Shown in pieces: positions 55,081 to 64,000 of a DNA stretch of 64,000 nucleotides. Below the pieces are notes generated by a model. It worked only from the letters and a program-made list of their open reading frames with translations. It searched no databases and was not told the origin of the DNA. Made by a program: the position numbers and the translations under genes. The DNA comes from Mantamonas sphyraenae STR306 (taxonomy: Eukaryota; Protista; CRuMs): the NCBI GenBank assembly GCA_026936335.1, contig JAPMXV010000021.1, forward strand, positions 186,001 to 250,000, given 5' to 3'. Position 1 is the stretch's first letter; every line of letters starts with the position of its first letter.

Positions 55081-56960
55081 ATGCCGTTTACAATGGACAC
55101 ACATTTCAACATGCGAAGGCAGCGAGCGCTGTCGAACGCATCGACAGGGTCGCACGGGCAGCTGGCCGAATTTGGGTCGCTGCAGGAATGCCTGCTAGCG
55201 ATCTGGGAAGAGGTGGTGGAGGTAGGTGGGAAGTGGAGAGGGGGCGGGGGTGTGTTTGAAAGGAAGTGGGTGTGTGTGTAGAGGGCGCAGGAGGGCAGCT
55301 TGGGAGTGCGGGGAGTTGTTTTTTCTATGTTCTGGAAAGTTGTGGAGTTGCGCACCAACGCGAGATGTCCGGAAGCACTGACACGAAAACGGGCGGACGG
55401 ACGGTTAACGGACGCGGATGCGGGATGGCGGACAGTACCCATCGTCAGCATACTTCCTGAACAAGGTGCCCGACTACTTTCTGGACTTTCAGCCGTACGT
55501 GGACCTGAACACAGTGAAGCGCAACATCCTTCGAGGATACTTTGAAGATGCGACGTCGTTTCTGCAGCAAATGGCAGTGATGATCAACAACATGCGGCGT
55601 GCATCGGAGCACGACCCGACAGTGCGGGCAGCGTCGTTGGAGTTCCAATTGTAAGTGGTGGGCACCTGCAAAAGAGGGCAGGAGCCGTGGTCCGCGGACA
55701 GCTCACACAAAGCGTTTTTTGTGCAGGGGCTTGAACGTCGTGTTGCAACGGTACAACCTTCCGTCAGCGTCCATGTTCAATTCCATGGTGGAGAACACGT
55801 TTGGAGGCGATGGGATGAGCCTAGGAGGGTCGCGAGGCAGCAAGAAGCGAACGCTGAGCCACAGCGGAGAGGCTCCAAAGTAGGTTTTTTTTTTCTGGCG
55901 GATTTTCTTCCAGGGACGTGTGGCACTGCAGAGAGAGGGCGAAACGAACGCACGTGGCGCAGAGGAGGGCTAACACGTGTATTGTGTGCGTGCGTGTGTG
56001 TGTTTCTGCATGTGCATGTGTAGGAGGAAGAATAGGCGGGTTGGAAGTTTGGGTGGCGCGGGCTCCTCGCGGTTGGGGGGAGGCGCTCACGGGTCGTCAT
56101 CGTCATCGTCGCTGTCGTCATCCAGTGCATATGGACAGTACGGATACGGGATGGAGAGTGGAATGGGCTCTGGAGGTCTGTTTGCAGCGCCACAGCCGCG
56201 GTACGCGTTGGGATCGTCGAGAGGGTCTTCTACTGGAAGTTCGTCGTCGTCGCAGCACGAAGTGCTTGTGAGTGGAGAGATGGCACGGCTACACGAGCTG
56301 AAGCGACGTGTGCAGGGTGGCGGTGGAGGGATGGTGGTGGAAGTGGATGGCGAGGAGGAGTTGCTGGCGTTCCACTCGTTGCCGTTGGAGTCGTTGCCAT
56401 TTACGGTCGAGTTTGGAAGCTGGGCAGCCGGGGAGCTGGAGCTGTCGATGGACGAGTCGGACTCGTCGGACAGCGCGTCGCCGCTGGAGGCACTGACGGC
56501 AGAGATTGAAGGGTCGCCGCGGAAACTGAGTGGACGAGAGCGAGAGGAGCTGCGGGTGAGGAAAGCGGCGGAAGATCGAGCGCGAGCGGTGAGGCGGCAG
56601 CGTCGAAACATGAAGCTGAACCGGGATCTGAGCATGATACCTGAGGAGCGAATTGTGGACCTGCTTGCCATTCTGAAGGAGTGTACGCGTAGCAAGCATT
56701 CGACGGGAGGGGAACTGCTGTTTGATCTGAACGAGCTGGACGAGCGCAGTCTGCGCAAGCTGCGACAGCTGGTTCGCGCGGTGAAGCAAGAGGTGCTTGC
56801 TGACCGCATGCAGCAAGAGGAGATGCGAACGACGGCGAGGATACAGAGTGCAGCGGTGGCGTTGCAGCAACAGGCAGATCGGCAGATGTTTGCCAACGAG
56901 CATGTGTCGTTGCAGGTGAAAGAAGGAGGGGATGAGGATGAGGAAGTGGATGTGGATTGA
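55081..56960 (+). CDS. Bromodomain plus extra-terminal (ET) protein, BET/GTE-like, with a divergent bromodomain. Exons 55081-55221, 55436-55650, 55727-55879, 56024-56960
   Basis: Spliced LLAIWEEVVE|YPSSAYFLNKVPDY..PYVDLNTVKRNI..GYF..F..M..MINN; ET domain KLNRDLSMIPEERIVDLLAIL..ELLFDLNELDERSLRKL. Confidence 0.75.
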
Positions 56961-57025
56961 TTGATTGAGGGTGAGGATGAGGATGAATGAAGGGAGCGCT
57001 CTGGCGGATGCAACAAGTCGTGGGA

Positions 57026-57721
57026 ATGTCGTCGAGGAGGCCAAACACGTCAAGGTCGGTGATGTCGACGTCATCGACGTCGTCGACATCGTCAAAGCTG
57101 TCGCAGTCGACACAGTCGTTGTTGGAGTCGATGCTGGCAGACACGTCGAACCTGAGCCACAAGCAGAAAAAGGCGCTGCTGACGAGCGCCAAAAACGGCT
57201 CGCTTCCGGCGTCGGCAAAGGGCAGCAGCAGCAAGGAGGTGAAGGAGGTGAGGACAAAGCCGAAAAAGACGAGACCACGTGTGACGGGCCGCAGCAGGCG
57301 AACAAAGGAGCAGATTGTGTCGTCGGGGGCGTACGAGATGGAAGTTGCAAAGCCGAGCAAAGGGGTGGACAGGGACAAGGAGCGGGCGCAGTTGGCGCGC
57401 GTCATGGAACACGGAAGCAAGGAGGCGCTGGAGGAACACGAGGCAGAGGTGAAGGAGCGGCGCGCGCGCCTGGCAAAGCTGAAGGAGAACCGGCCGCAAC
57501 AGAGAAAGACAAGGCTGCAGGCGCGGTTTGACGAGCTTGCGGCGGACGTGGACGACGCCAAGGCATTCTTGGATTCCATGTATGAGCTGGGCGAGGGCAA
57601 GAAGCATGAAAAGGTGGTGCGTGCGCAGATTTCGGAGCGGGTCAAGGAGATGGAGGAGATTGACGCCAAGCTGCAGGCGATGGAGAAAGAGGAGAAAGAG
57701 GGGAGAGAGGAGGAGGGGTAG
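57026..57721 (+). CDS. UPF0193 (EVG1/C22orf23-like) protein
   Basis: RRTKEQIVSSGAYE, DKERAQLARVM, RFDELAADVDDAKAFLDSMYELGEGKKHEKVVRAQIS. Confidence 0.78.
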   Translation: MSSRRPNTSRSVMSTSSTSSTSSKLSQSTQSLLESMLADTSNLSHKQKKALLTSAKNGSLPASAKGSSSKEVKEVRTKPKKTRPRVTGRSRRTKEQIVSSGAYEMEVAKPSKGVDRDKERAQLARVMEHGSKEALEEHEAEVKERRARLAKLKENRPQQRKTRLQARFDELAADVDDAKAFLDSMYELGEGKKHEKVVRAQISERVKEMEEIDAKLQAMEKEEKEGREEEG

Positions 57722-57756
57722 GAGGGGTAGAAGGTGTAACATACATTGGTTGGGTT

Positions 57757-60087
57757 TTAGGACCTGAGAATGGCTTTGACGACGCGGCCGTCGTGGACGA
57801 CGCGTACAATCCAGGGGCTGGTGCTGGTGACGTAGCGGCCCTGGCTGGCGACGACGTCGTGGTTGGGGTTGCAGTCTTGGAGAAGGGTGACTACACTCTG
57901 CCAGTCCTCGCCGACAAGGTCGTTGGTACTCTTGATGCCGCCTGGCAGGTTAATCTGCTCGGCAGGGCCGTCACCAGAGGGACGAACGTTGGAGGCGGAG
58001 GGAGCGATGCGCTCGACGACATCGTCTTGGTCGCGAGTCTGACCAGCCCAGCTGGAGCTGGAGCTGCTGGTTTGGACGCGTTCACGTGCAAGCTCGCGGC
58101 GTTCGAGCTGCTTGGCAAAGGCTTCCTGCTGCTTCTCGAGTACTCGCTGGGCCTCGATCATCCTCTCCATCTGCGCGACTTGGTCGACCTCCATGCGGGT
58201 CTTCCAGGCCATGAGGGCGTCGAGCTGCTCTTGCATGGTCTGGCGCAGTTGACGCTCAGACTCGTAGGCAACGCGTGCTTCCTGAACCTCCTCCTCCAAG
58301 CGGTTGACTGTGGCGACGAGATTCTGATTGTGGTTGGCCAGAGGTTTGAGTTGTTGCTCGACAACGACCTGCACAGTCCTTTGCAGCTCTTCGCTGACGA
58401 GAAAGTCCATGCCAAACTGTTGGAGGTTGTCTTTGGAGGCAGCAGCGGGTGCGTCTGCGTTCTGGAGCTGCATGACGTTCTCTTGAAGGTTGTAGATCAT
58501 CTGCATGAGCTCGCTCTGGCCGTCGCTGCTTGCGTGGACACCTGAGCGGACCTGTTGAAGGAGCTGTTGCTGTTCATCCCAGAGTTCCTGCTGGCTGGCG
58601 GCAGCCTTTTCCATGGCCTCGCTCTGGACCTGCTGCTCCCACTTGACGTCTGCAACCTCCTTGCGGACGGCATCGAGATGGGCCTCAGTCGCGGCTGTGC
58701 TTGCGCGGACAAAGTACTGGAGGTTGCTGACGACGTTTCGGGTCTGGAGCTGCACGAGCTCTGCGACTGCCTCGAGCATGGAGTCGTCGAGGTGTGCGAG
58801 AAAGGCGCCGAGGTTCTTGCTGGCATAGAGGTTGCCATCGATGTTTTCGTCGAGAAGGCCAGGGGCGTCGTCTTCAAAGTGGACCTCCTGGGCCTGGACA
58901 CGTGCTTGCTGCTCGTGCTCCTCGAGGCGGACCTGGAGGCCACTTGCATCGAGGTCGGCCAGCCAGGCGTCACCCATGGCGTTGTTGATGTCGGAGGAGC
59001 CGCCGTAGAGAAGGAGGGCGTTTTCGTCATTGAGGACGAGAAGGGAGTGGTTTTTGCGCGCAGGCACAGAGGCAGTGTACATGGGATACTCCTTGGCGGC
59101 ATCGAGGGCGGAGTCGTGGCTGTACCAGCAGGCCCAGGTGTGTGAGGTTGTGTCAAAGGCCCAGAGGTCGTCCAAGAGGGCGCTGCCTTGGCCGCCGTGG
59201 ACCAAGACCCACTTGCCAAAGGATTGGGCGACATGGAGGCAGCGCGGGCCAGGGTGAACGTCGTTGAGAGGCTCGACGCGAGTCCAGTAGAGGTTTGCGG
59301 TGTCGAGCTCCCACATGTCGTTAAGGAGGCCCTGGTCGCCCGTACCGCCAAAGAGAAAGATGCGCTGGCCAACTAGGGTCATGGTGTGGCCGTAGCGGGC
59401 GGATGGAGCATCGCCGCTCTGGTCGACGGCGGTCCAGACGACCTGCTCGGCGTCAAAGATCCACAGGTCTCCAAGGACGGTTGCGGGCTTGCGGCGCTTG
59501 CCGTGGGCGTTGGCGTCCTCTTGCATACCGCCAAAGACGACAAGCCTGTTGTAGCAGTGGACGCCCGCGGCGAGCTGGCGCGGGTCTGGGCAGGCCGCTT
59601 TGGCGTCTTGTGCGAAGCGGGTCCACTTGAGAGTGCCCTTTGCGAGCTGCCATGTGTCGTTGAGCTCGTGGTAGCCGCTGTGGCCGCCAAAAACAAAGGC
59701 GGTGTCGCCTGCGTCGACGGTGACGTGGTTGTAGCGTGCGCGGGGATGCGGGAGCGGGGTGTCGAGGTGGGACCATTTCTGCTCGAGGAGATTGAGGGTC
59801 CATACGTCTGTGTTTGGCTTGAAGCCGTAAATGCCGGACATGCCGCCGTAGATGAGGACGGTGTGGTCGTCGAGGCGGAGCATGGTGTGGCCGTAGCGTT
59901 TGTCTGGGAAGCCAGGGGTGGAGGAGCGTTTAGATCGGCGGTCGTCGTCGGGCTTTGTGTCGATTTGATGAAAGGCGACGACGCGTTTGTCAGATGAGCG
60001 GGGTACTTTTCCGGTGGCGCGCATTTGAGCGGCTTGGAGGCGTGACCGGAGCATGTCTGTGAGCACAGGGCCCTCCTGGCCTGACAT
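57757..60087 (-). CDS. Kelch-repeat beta-propeller plus coiled-coil protein with a small C-terminal domain
   Basis: Six kelch blades (RYGHTM..LIYGG, ARYNH..FVFGG, VVFGG, RYGHTM..FLFGG, LVHGG, LLYGG), then a long Q/E-rich coiled coil. Confidence 0.88.
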   Translation of the reverse strand: MSGQEGPVLTDMLRSRLQAAQMRATGKVPRSSDKRVVAFHQIDTKPDDDRRSKRSSTPGFPDKRYGHTMLRLDDHTVLIYGGMSGIYGFKPNTDVWTLNLLEQKWSHLDTPLPHPRARYNHVTVDAGDTAFVFGGHSGYHELNDTWQLAKGTLKWTRFAQDAKAACPDPRQLAAGVHCYNRLVVFGGMQEDANAHGKRRKPATVLGDLWIFDAEQVVWTAVDQSGDAPSARYGHTMTLVGQRIFLFGGTGDQGLLNDMWELDTANLYWTRVEPLNDVHPGPRCLHVAQSFGKWVLVHGGQGSALLDDLWAFDTTSHTWACWYSHDSALDAAKEYPMYTASVPARKNHSLLVLNDENALLLYGGSSDINNAMGDAWLADLDASGLQVRLEEHEQQARVQAQEVHFEDDAPGLLDENIDGNLYASKNLGAFLAHLDDSMLEAVAELVQLQTRNVVSNLQYFVRASTAATEAHLDAVRKEVADVKWEQQVQSEAMEKAAASQQELWDEQQQLLQQVRSGVHASSDGQSELMQMIYNLQENVMQLQNADAPAAASKDNLQQFGMDFLVSEELQRTVQVVVEQQLKPLANHNQNLVATVNRLEEEVQEARVAYESERQLRQTMQEQLDALMAWKTRMEVDQVAQMERMIEAQRVLEKQQEAFAKQLERRELARERVQTSSSSSSWAGQTRDQDDVVERIAPSASNVRPSGDGPAEQINLPGGIKSTNDLVGEDWQSVVTLLQDCNPNHDVVASQGRYVTSTSPWIVRVVHDGRVVKAILRS

Positions 60088-60383
60088 GGTGGTGTTGAGA
60101 GTTCCGTTGGGTTTGGGCGCGCGAAACGGGGTTGGATGCAGGTGGAAGGTGGAGGGTGGATGGTGAGTTGGGCATCGCCGTGGGAGCACTGGGTGGGATG
60201 TGGAAGTGGGTGAGGCGATGGAGGTGGCGTTGGCGATGAGTGGGAAGGACAGGGAGGGGAGTATGTGGAGGAGAGGGAGGGTGGGAAGGGTGGGTGACAC
60301 TGCCGGATGAGGTGATGGAGAGAGTGATTGAGGGGTTGGGGAGCGGAGGGTGATTGGGAAGGATGTGTGAATGAAAGGGTGGT

Positions 60384-63300
60384 TCATTCGAGGCGTTGGC
60401 GTTTGAAGGAGGAGGAGGAGGAGGAGGAGGAGGAGGAGGAGGAGGAGGAGGAGGAGAAAGGGTCTTTGCGCTTGGGGAGAGGTGAAGGAGGGGATGCGGG
60501 GTAGGCGTGAACGACGGCGTCGGTGGTGGTGGGGCGGGTGGTGATGTGGGGTGTGATGCGGTCGATGAGGGTGTGGAGGAGAGTGTGCAGTGTGGCGTCG
60601 CTGGGTTTGGGATTGTCAAGCCAGGCGATCTTGAGGGAGAGGGAGGTGACGCCGCGGTTGAGGGTGGCAGTGATGGCACGTTGAACCTGCTGGTAGGTGA
60701 GTTGTGGCCTGAGGAGGCGGACAAAGAAGGCCATGTCGACAGGCGGCACGCCAACGTTGCCCAGCGCCAGGATGATGTGACGCACCAGGGACTTCAGGCT
60801 GCCGTTGTTGATCAGCTCACGCAGTGCCTGGTGCTCGTGTGTGTGCTGATGGCGAGGTTGCTTGGCTGCGCGTGCCTTCATGTGTGCCAGCAGCGTCTGG
60901 AACTCCCGCGCCGTGCAGCTGCCACGCTCGTCGCTGTGATAGTGCTTTGCCCAACCACTGCGCACAGGATCAGGTTGCCAAGTGTCCACCTTGGTGGTGG
61001 TGAGGTGGTGGTCGTATTCGCATTGTGTCCAATGTGGGTCGCTGTCGTTGTCAGCAGGGCGTCGTGCTTTCTGCAGCCACAGCTGGGTCTGCTTGTGCTC
61101 CTTCCAGGTGCTGGGATGGGTCCTGTCGCCGAGTGTGTCCATTTCTGTCATGAGCAGGTGGAGGAGGGCATAGTTGGGGTCGCCGTGGTCGTGCGGCTTC
61201 TCCAGCCAGCACACCTTCAACCCAGCCTTGGTCACGCCCATGGCCAGACCAGCGTTGGGGATGGCAGCACTGCACGCCGCTCGATCCATGTCATGGCCGA
61301 GAAGGGTGAGACAGAGGGCCATGTCGCCCTGGGAGAGAGGAATGTTCCCCAGAGCGAGCAGGATCTGTCGGACAAGCGTGTTCAGGGTGCCATGGCAGAC
61401 CACAACACGAGCCTGCAGTGTCATGAGGTCGGGGATGTCGTCGATGGGATGCTCGTTGGCCAGGGCGTGCGTGTGGTTCAGCAGTGCCGTGTGCTCCTTC
61501 TTGTTGCTGTGCATGCGCTCGCTCTTGCGCCAACATGTCCAGCCACTGCGCACAACGCCATCTGGCAGTCCATCATCCTCGGCCACCTTCTCCTCCTCTG
61601 TTGGTTCGGGCAGAACAAGCTCGGGGATGTCGAGTGCGTTGACGGCGTCGACGGTGATGGGACGGGTGTTGATGTGGGGTGTGATGCGGTCGATGAGGGT
61701 GTGGAGGAGGGTGTGCAGTGTGGCGTCGCTGGGGGGCTTGTCGAGCCAGGCGATCTTGAGGGAGAGGGATGTGACGCCGCGGGTTAGAGAGTGACTGATG
61801 GCAGTGGATGCATCCTTGTAGTTGACGTGTGGTCTGAGGAGGCGGACAAAGAAGGCCAGGTCGACAGGCGGCACGCCAACGTTGCCCAGCGCAAGGATGA
61901 TGTGACGCAGCAGGGATTTCAGGCTGCCGTTGTTAATCAGCTCACGCAGTACCTGGTGCTCATGTGTGTGCTGATGGCGAGGGTGCTTGGCTGCGCGTGC
62001 CTTCATGTGTGCCAGCAGCGTCTGGAACTCCCGCGCCGTGCAGCTGCCACGCTCGTCGTTGTACGGAGTGATGCTCCAGCCACTGCGCACAGACTCTGGT
62101 TCCCACTTTTCCACCTTGTTTGTGCTGAGGTGGTGGTCGTAGTCGCATTGTGTCCAGTGTGGGTCGCTGTCGTTGTCATCAGGGCGTCGTGCTTTCTGCA
62201 GCCACAGCTGGGTCTGCTCGTGCTCCTTCCAGGTGGTGGGATGGGGCCTGTCGTCGAGAGTGTCCATCTCTGCCATGAGCAGGTGGAGGAGGGCGTAGTT
62301 GGGGTCGCCGTGGTCGTGTGGCTCCTCCAGCCAGCACACCTTCAACCCAGCCTTTGTCACACCCATGGCCAAACCAGCGTGTCGAATGGCAAGGCTGCAC
62401 GCATGTTGATCCATATCACGGCCGAGAAGGGTGAGGAAGAAGGCCATGTCCCCCTGGGAGAGGGGAATGTTGCCCAGAGTGAGCTGAATCTGTCGGACAA
62501 GCGTGTTCAGGGTGCCATGGCAGACCACAACACGCGCTTGCAGGGTCATGAGGTCGGGGATGTCGTCGATGGGATGCTCGATGGCCACGGTGTGCATGTG
62601 GTTCAGCAGTGCCCTGTGCTCCTTCTTGTCGCTGTGGCTGCGCTCGTCACTGGGTCCCCATGTCCACCCTTTGCGCACAACTCCATGTGGCAACTTGTTC
62701 GTCTTGTCCACACCTGATTTCTTCCGTGCGCCGTTGTCTCCATTCTTGGCCCTCCTTGCCCGTGTGCTCGACGTTCCTGTCTCTGTGCCACTGCCAGCCG
62801 TGGCCCTGCGCCTGCGCTGTCCGCTGCCTTTCATCGGTTGTGGATCAGTGCGACGGCTGATGTGGCCTCTGCGTCGTCGACTTCGAATTGTGCGTCTCGG
62901 CTGCCATTCCTCCTGCTCTATGTCATCTGTGTCGTCGTCGCTGTCGTCTTGCGGCATGTACTCCTCATCCATGGCATCGCCAGTGTATGCAATACTGAGT
63001 GCGCCCTGAGTTTCCAACTCGTCGTCCACGTGCTGCTGGGTTGAGTCCTTTGCCTCGCCGTCTTCTGCGTACGCCTCCATCCATGAGCTGGTCATCCACT
63101 CTGAGTTGCTGGACATTGACCGTGGTTCACGGTGGCAAAAGTTCAGGAGCATCAGGTCCTCCACGTCGCCGGGGTCATGTGTGCGTGTGTCCTGGTCTGC
63201 GTCGTCGTCGTCGCAGTCTCCAGTCTGCCGTGTGGCCTGGTGAGAGGAGGACGACGATGTGGTGGTGGATGTAGTCCGTGTGATGCCGACAAAGGCAGGA

Positions 63301-63976
63301 CTGATGCGTTTGGGGACGCGGTTGTGGTTTGTGGTGGGTTGAGCAAGCGGACAGGGCACCGGAGGCTGAGCGAAGTGCATCTGGGCGGTTTGTCGTGGCT
63401 GAGGAGGCGGTGGAGGGGGGTAGGCGTAGTATGGGTGGCCTTGATGAGGATATGCGTGGTGCTGCTGGGAGTGGGTGTTGACAGGGACCCAGATGACGGG
63501 TGGTTGTGGGTGCTGGTACGGGTTTTGTACGCCAGAGACGGGCAGCATGTTCGGAAACGGCTGGGCAGCCATGGGAGGGACCATGTACGCGTAGCTGTGG
63601 GGGAGACGCGGAGGGGCAGGGCGGAGTGGTACTGGTGAGCGGAAGGCGGCATGGACGCCGTCAGGGCAGAAGCGGGGTGAAGGGAGGCTGGAACGGGCAA
63701 AGAGGGAAAAGGAAAGGAGATTGGCAGACGGGGAAACTGGCAACGGGGAGGCAGTGACAGGGGAGAGGGGATCGGAGAAGAGCGGAGAAAGCAGCAACGG
63801 TGGTGATGGGGAAGTGGAGATGCAGCGGAGGAGTGCAGGGAAGCGACGGAGGCATGGAGGAGGCAAGGGAGCGGGAGAAGCGGGCAGTCAGAAAACGGAG
63901 TGGAAGGCAGAACGCACGCTGGGTAGGTGTTGGGGGTGTGTTGTTGCTTCGGAGTGCTCGAGTAGTCGTTGTCCAT
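60384..63976 (-). CDS. Orphan protein with Pro/Gln/His-rich N-terminus, basic NLS-like segment and four ABAB copies of an unrecognised domain of about 150 aa. Exons 63976-63918, 63594-60384
   Basis: ATG 63976 sits in CCACCATGG context. GTGCGT donor and CCACAG acceptor join in phase 2 to the long ORF. Internal repeats are visible in both DNA and protein. Confidence 0.75.
60408..60455. repeat. (GGA)n/(TCC)n microsatellite encoding poly-Ser
   Basis: Uninterrupted gga repeats near the 3' end of the orphan CDS. Confidence 0.9.
60520..62690 (-). repeat. Intragenic tandem direct duplication, period 1125 bp (375 aa)
   Basis: GCGCACAAC at 61548 and 62673; long identical stretches such as gtgccagcagcgtctggaactcccgcgccgtgcagctgccacgctcgtcg at about 60884 and 62009. 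Confidence 0.95.
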
Positions 63977-64000
63977 GGTGGTGGCGGTGGTACTGGAGTG

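Noticed and set aside
60520-62690. LTR element or CRISPR-like array as an explanation for the direct repeats
   Set aside because: The repeats are adjacent, in frame and coding. I see no spacers, target-site duplications, primer-binding site, or RT/integrase/transposase motifs.
1-64000. Non-standard genetic code or a prokaryotic/viral contig
   Set aside because: TAA, TAG and TGA all end conserved proteins at expected positions, and canonical GT-AG introns and eukaryote-specific genes occur throughout.

Overview
Gene-dense, GC-rich nuclear DNA of a eukaryote with GT-AG spliceosomal introns and the standard genetic code. It is most likely a flagellated protist (DNAAF6, UPF0193, PKD2, apicortin-type DCX domains) that also keeps bacterial-type mitochondrial enzymes (class I fumarase, TilS, ClpX, Obg). 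I can reconstruct about 30 protein genes and one tRNA-Arg(CCT). Most genes form head-to-head pairs with about 60-215 bp between start codons, and convergent stops are usually under 60 bp apart. Most long ORFs in the supplied track are antisense shadows or intron read-throughs. I saw no CRISPR array, rRNA or recognisable transposon. The most unusual items: (1) an intronless T4 UvsW-type helicase; (2) an orphan protein of four ABAB copies of an unrecognised, possibly winged-helix domain, made by a 1125-bp duplication; (3) a six-DCX apicortin-like protein; (4) unusual fusions: PH-PH-DCB-HUS-Sec7-PH-FYVE ArfGEF, Ariadne with a CUE-like insert, PKD2 with a PK/MOSC-barrel-like domain, kelch protein with a potato-inhibitor-I-like tail, and a BET-like protein lacking the bromodomain Asn; (5) a 5-nt microexon; (6) a long hairpin in the RPS28 intron region; (7) three apparent single-G deficits that break reading frames, probably assembly errors. 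All family calls come from recalled motifs, not database searches, and exon structures are inferred from splice signals and frame continuity.
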